A stretch of DNA of 64,000 nt from Clostridia bacterium (GTDB lineage: Bacteria > Bacillota > TC1 > JBAXCZ01), in contig JBAXCZ010000004.1 in assembly GCA_037141195.1 (NCBI GenBank), forward strand, positions 37,043 through 101,042. Direction: 5' to 3'. The notes below the pieces were generated by a model. That model did no database searches and was not told where the DNA came from. It worked only from the letters and a program-made list of their open reading frames with translations. Below are positions 62,086 to 64,000 of the stretch, one piece after another (position 1 is the first letter of the stretch; the number at the start of each line of letters is the position of its first letter). The position numbers and the translations under genes were made by a program.

Positions 62086-63206
62086 TGCGATTTTTACATA
62101 CATCTGATTGGCATTTAGGGAAAAACTTGCATGGCTATGCTTTGCTTGCAGAGCAGCGGGAGCTGCTTTGGCAAATTCTCACAATTGCTCGTGAGGAAAA
62201 AGTAGCAGCTATTTTATTATGCGGAGATCTTTATGATAATAGTCTCGCTAGTGAAGAAGCAATAGTGCTTTTCAATGAATGGTTAAATGCTTTTTGTGAG
62301 TTGAAAATCCCACTCCTCATGATCAGCGGAAATCATGATAGTAGTGTGCGAGTAGCATATGCAAACGAACAACTAGAGCAGAGTAAAATCTATGTCAGAG
62401 GAAGCTGGCAAACAAATCTAGAACCTATTAACTTAGAAGATGAATTTGGCACAGTCGCTTTTTACTTATTACCCTTTGCAGATAAAGCAAGACTTCGTCA
62501 ATATCTACAGGATGAAGAAATTCGCAGTCAAGCAGATGCTTATATCAAGATAAATGCCCAAATTGCCCAGCATAGTGCAGAGCGGAAAGTAGCACTTGTG
62601 CATTGCTTTGTTGCTGGAGGCACAGCAAGTCAGTCAGAAAGAGATATCACAGTTGGTGGGTTAGAAACAATCCCAGTAAGAGCCTTTAGTAGCTTTAACT
62701 ACACAGCACTTGGTCATTTACACAAAAGACAAGTATTGCAAGAGGGAAAAGTAGTCTATTGCGGTTCGCTCTTTCCGTATTCTTTTAACGAGGCGAACAA
62801 TGAGCCAGGAGTAGAAGTAGTAGACATAGGAGCAGATGGCAGCATCCAAACCAAGCGGTGTAAATTTACGCTGCCAAAGAAATTAAGAGTATTTACAGGA
62901 GAATTTGCCGAGCTGATGCAAGAACCGGTAAATCTTAATTATGTGCAAGTAAAACTGCAAGATACCAAGATGCTCCTGAATGTCCGGGAACGCTTAGCTA
63001 CAATTTTTCCATTTCTCTGTAGCATCGAACGCACAATCTTTAATCCAGAAATGAGTTCCCTGGGACGAGAAAAAGTTCAGGCTTCCATTTATGATTTATT
63101 TCCCCAGTTTTACGAAGAAATTAGTGGCGAAATTTGGCAAGCAAGCTGGCGAGAATATTTAGAGCGAGCAGTAGAGGAGGGTAATAAATGCGACCACTCC
63201 AATTAG
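62085..63206 (+). CDS. sbcD: exonuclease SbcCD, nuclease subunit D
   Basis: MRFLHTSDWHLG, GDLYD, GNHD and GHLH Mre11-type phosphoesterase motifs. Confidence 0.92.
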   Translation: MRFLHTSDWHLGKNLHGYALLAEQRELLWQILTIAREEKVAAILLCGDLYDNSLASEEAIVLFNEWLNAFCELKIPLLMISGNHDSSVRVAYANEQLEQSKIYVRGSWQTNLEPINLEDEFGTVAFYLLPFADKARLRQYLQDEEIRSQADAYIKINAQIAQHSAERKVALVHCFVAGGTASQSERDITVGGLETIPVRAFSSFNYTALGHLHKRQVLQEGKVVYCGSLFPYSFNEANNEPGVEVVDIGADGSIQTKRCKFTLPKKLRVFTGEFAELMQEPVNLNYVQVKLQDTKMLLNVRERLATIFPFLCSIERTIFNPEMSSLGREKVQASIYDLFPQFYEEISGEIWQASWREYLERAVEEGNKCDHSN

Positions 63207-64000
63207 AAATGCAAGAATTTGTTAGCTATCAAAAGGAAATAATTGATTTTGAACAACACACAGCCGAGGGGATTTTCTTGATTTGCGGAGTGACAGGCGC
63301 AGGGAAGACAGGACTCTTAGATGCAATCTGTTTTGCACTTTACGGTAGTTCTAGCGGAGGAGAGCGAGATGCAAAAATGCTTCGTCGTTTGCAAGCAGCG
63401 CCAGAGCTAGAAACAAAGGTTTCTTTAAGCTTTTCCTTGCATAATCTGCGCTACTTTGTAGAACGTAGACCAGAACAAGAACGCCCAGCAAAGGGCAATA
63501 GGGATCGTCTAGTTAAAGCAAAACCAGAAGCAGAGCTCTATCAGGAAATAAATGGTAGCAAAGAACTATTAGTAGAAGGCTATGAAAATGTAACAAAAAA
63601 AGTTGAAGAACTGATCGGACTGAACAGCGAGCAATTTCGCCAAATCATCATTTTACCCCAAGGTTCATTTAGACAGCTGCTTTTAGCAGATAGTAAAGAC
63701 CGAGAAAAAATCCTCGAAAAAATCTTTATGACAACTCAGATGAAAAAAATAGAAGATGCCCTAAAGGAAGCCGGACAACGCTTGAAGCTTGCTTGTGATC
63801 AACAGATTAGCTTTGTGCAGGTCTTATGGAAAGAAAGCGGAATGATAGCTGAGCTGAATATTTTTCAGTGGGAAGAACAGTATAACCAGGAAAAAGCACA
63901 AGTTTATCAGTTGCTAAACGAGGGCAAACTTGAGTTGACTAGCTTTCAGACCACAGTAGCAAGCTTGCGTCAAAAGGTTGCTCTACTAAGAGAAATCCAA
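63189..64000 (+). CDS. sbcC: exonuclease SbcCD, ATPase subunit C; 3' end lies outside the window
   Basis: I translated this manually, as it is not in the ORF track. It begins ATG at 63189 (MRPLQLEMQEFVSYQ) and carries Walker A GVTGAGKTG. It stays open to the window end and overlaps sbcD by 18 nt. Confidence 0.88.

Noticed and set aside
1-64000. A scan for CRISPR arrays, restriction-modification systems, toxin-antitoxin pairs and known phage-defence gene signatures.
   Set aside because: I found no regularly spaced repeats, no methyltransferase or endonuclease motifs, and no small paired ORFs typical of toxin-antitoxin systems. SbcCD at the 3' end is the ordinary housekeeping nuclease.

Overview
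This is a chromosomal segment from a low-GC Gram-positive anaerobe, probably Clostridia, judged from gene content, AGGAGG-type ribosome-binding sites (RBS) and a Cheo-type SOS box. Coding density is high and I found no transposase, integrase, phage gene or CRISPR array. The layout runs as follows. (1) 1-6430: a housekeeping block with nifS-like (partial), recA, recX, rny, an unknown ORF, ymdB and a candidate 6S RNA. (2) 6478-27579: a 21-gene, single-strand accessory cluster, which is the main item of interest. It holds two methenyl-tetrahydromethanopterin cyclohydrolase (Mch)-family paralogues and an AcoA/AcoB-like TPP E1 pair with no E2/E3. It also holds two DAO-family flavoproteins, an HcnA/HcnB/BFD-like Fe-S flavoprotein set and a ferredoxin-like protein. 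Further genes encode an AcsE/MeTr-like pterin-binding protein with no corrinoid partner, two amidohydrolases and a short cytoplasmic CE4 deacylase. The cluster is completed by a dedicated ECF importer, an ADP-ribosylglycohydrolase-DUF1080 fusion, an NAD-kinase/AcoX-like protein, ribokinase and a GntR/HutC regulator. I know of no characterised pathway with this composition. (3) 27721-32394: alaS, ireB-like, ruvX, DUF1292 and a Zn-PLC-like gene. (4) 32952-41302: a deoR-controlled nucleoside utilisation locus (deoC, BMP-type ABC importer, cdd, pdp). (5) 41366-41809: tRNA-Pro(GGG), tRNA-His and tRNA-Lys. (6) A NAPRTase-like gene and a DEAD-box helicase. (7) On the minus strand, an aroF-tyrA operon preceded by a 13-codon leader ORF ending in Tyr-Tyr-Tyr-Arg-stop, with alternative hairpins and an intrinsic terminator. 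This looks like a Tyr-sensing translational attenuator. (8) 47197-58926: an anaerobic purine/urate-type catabolic locus homologous to E. coli hyuA, yqeA, ygeW, ssnA, xdhD/ygfM and ygfK, with an unclassified leader plus terminator in front of the ygeW-like gene. (9) nfo, an EamA transporter, a patB/malY-like C-S lyase, sbcD and sbcC (partial). All functional calls rest on motif recognition by eye and need HMM/BLAST confirmation.
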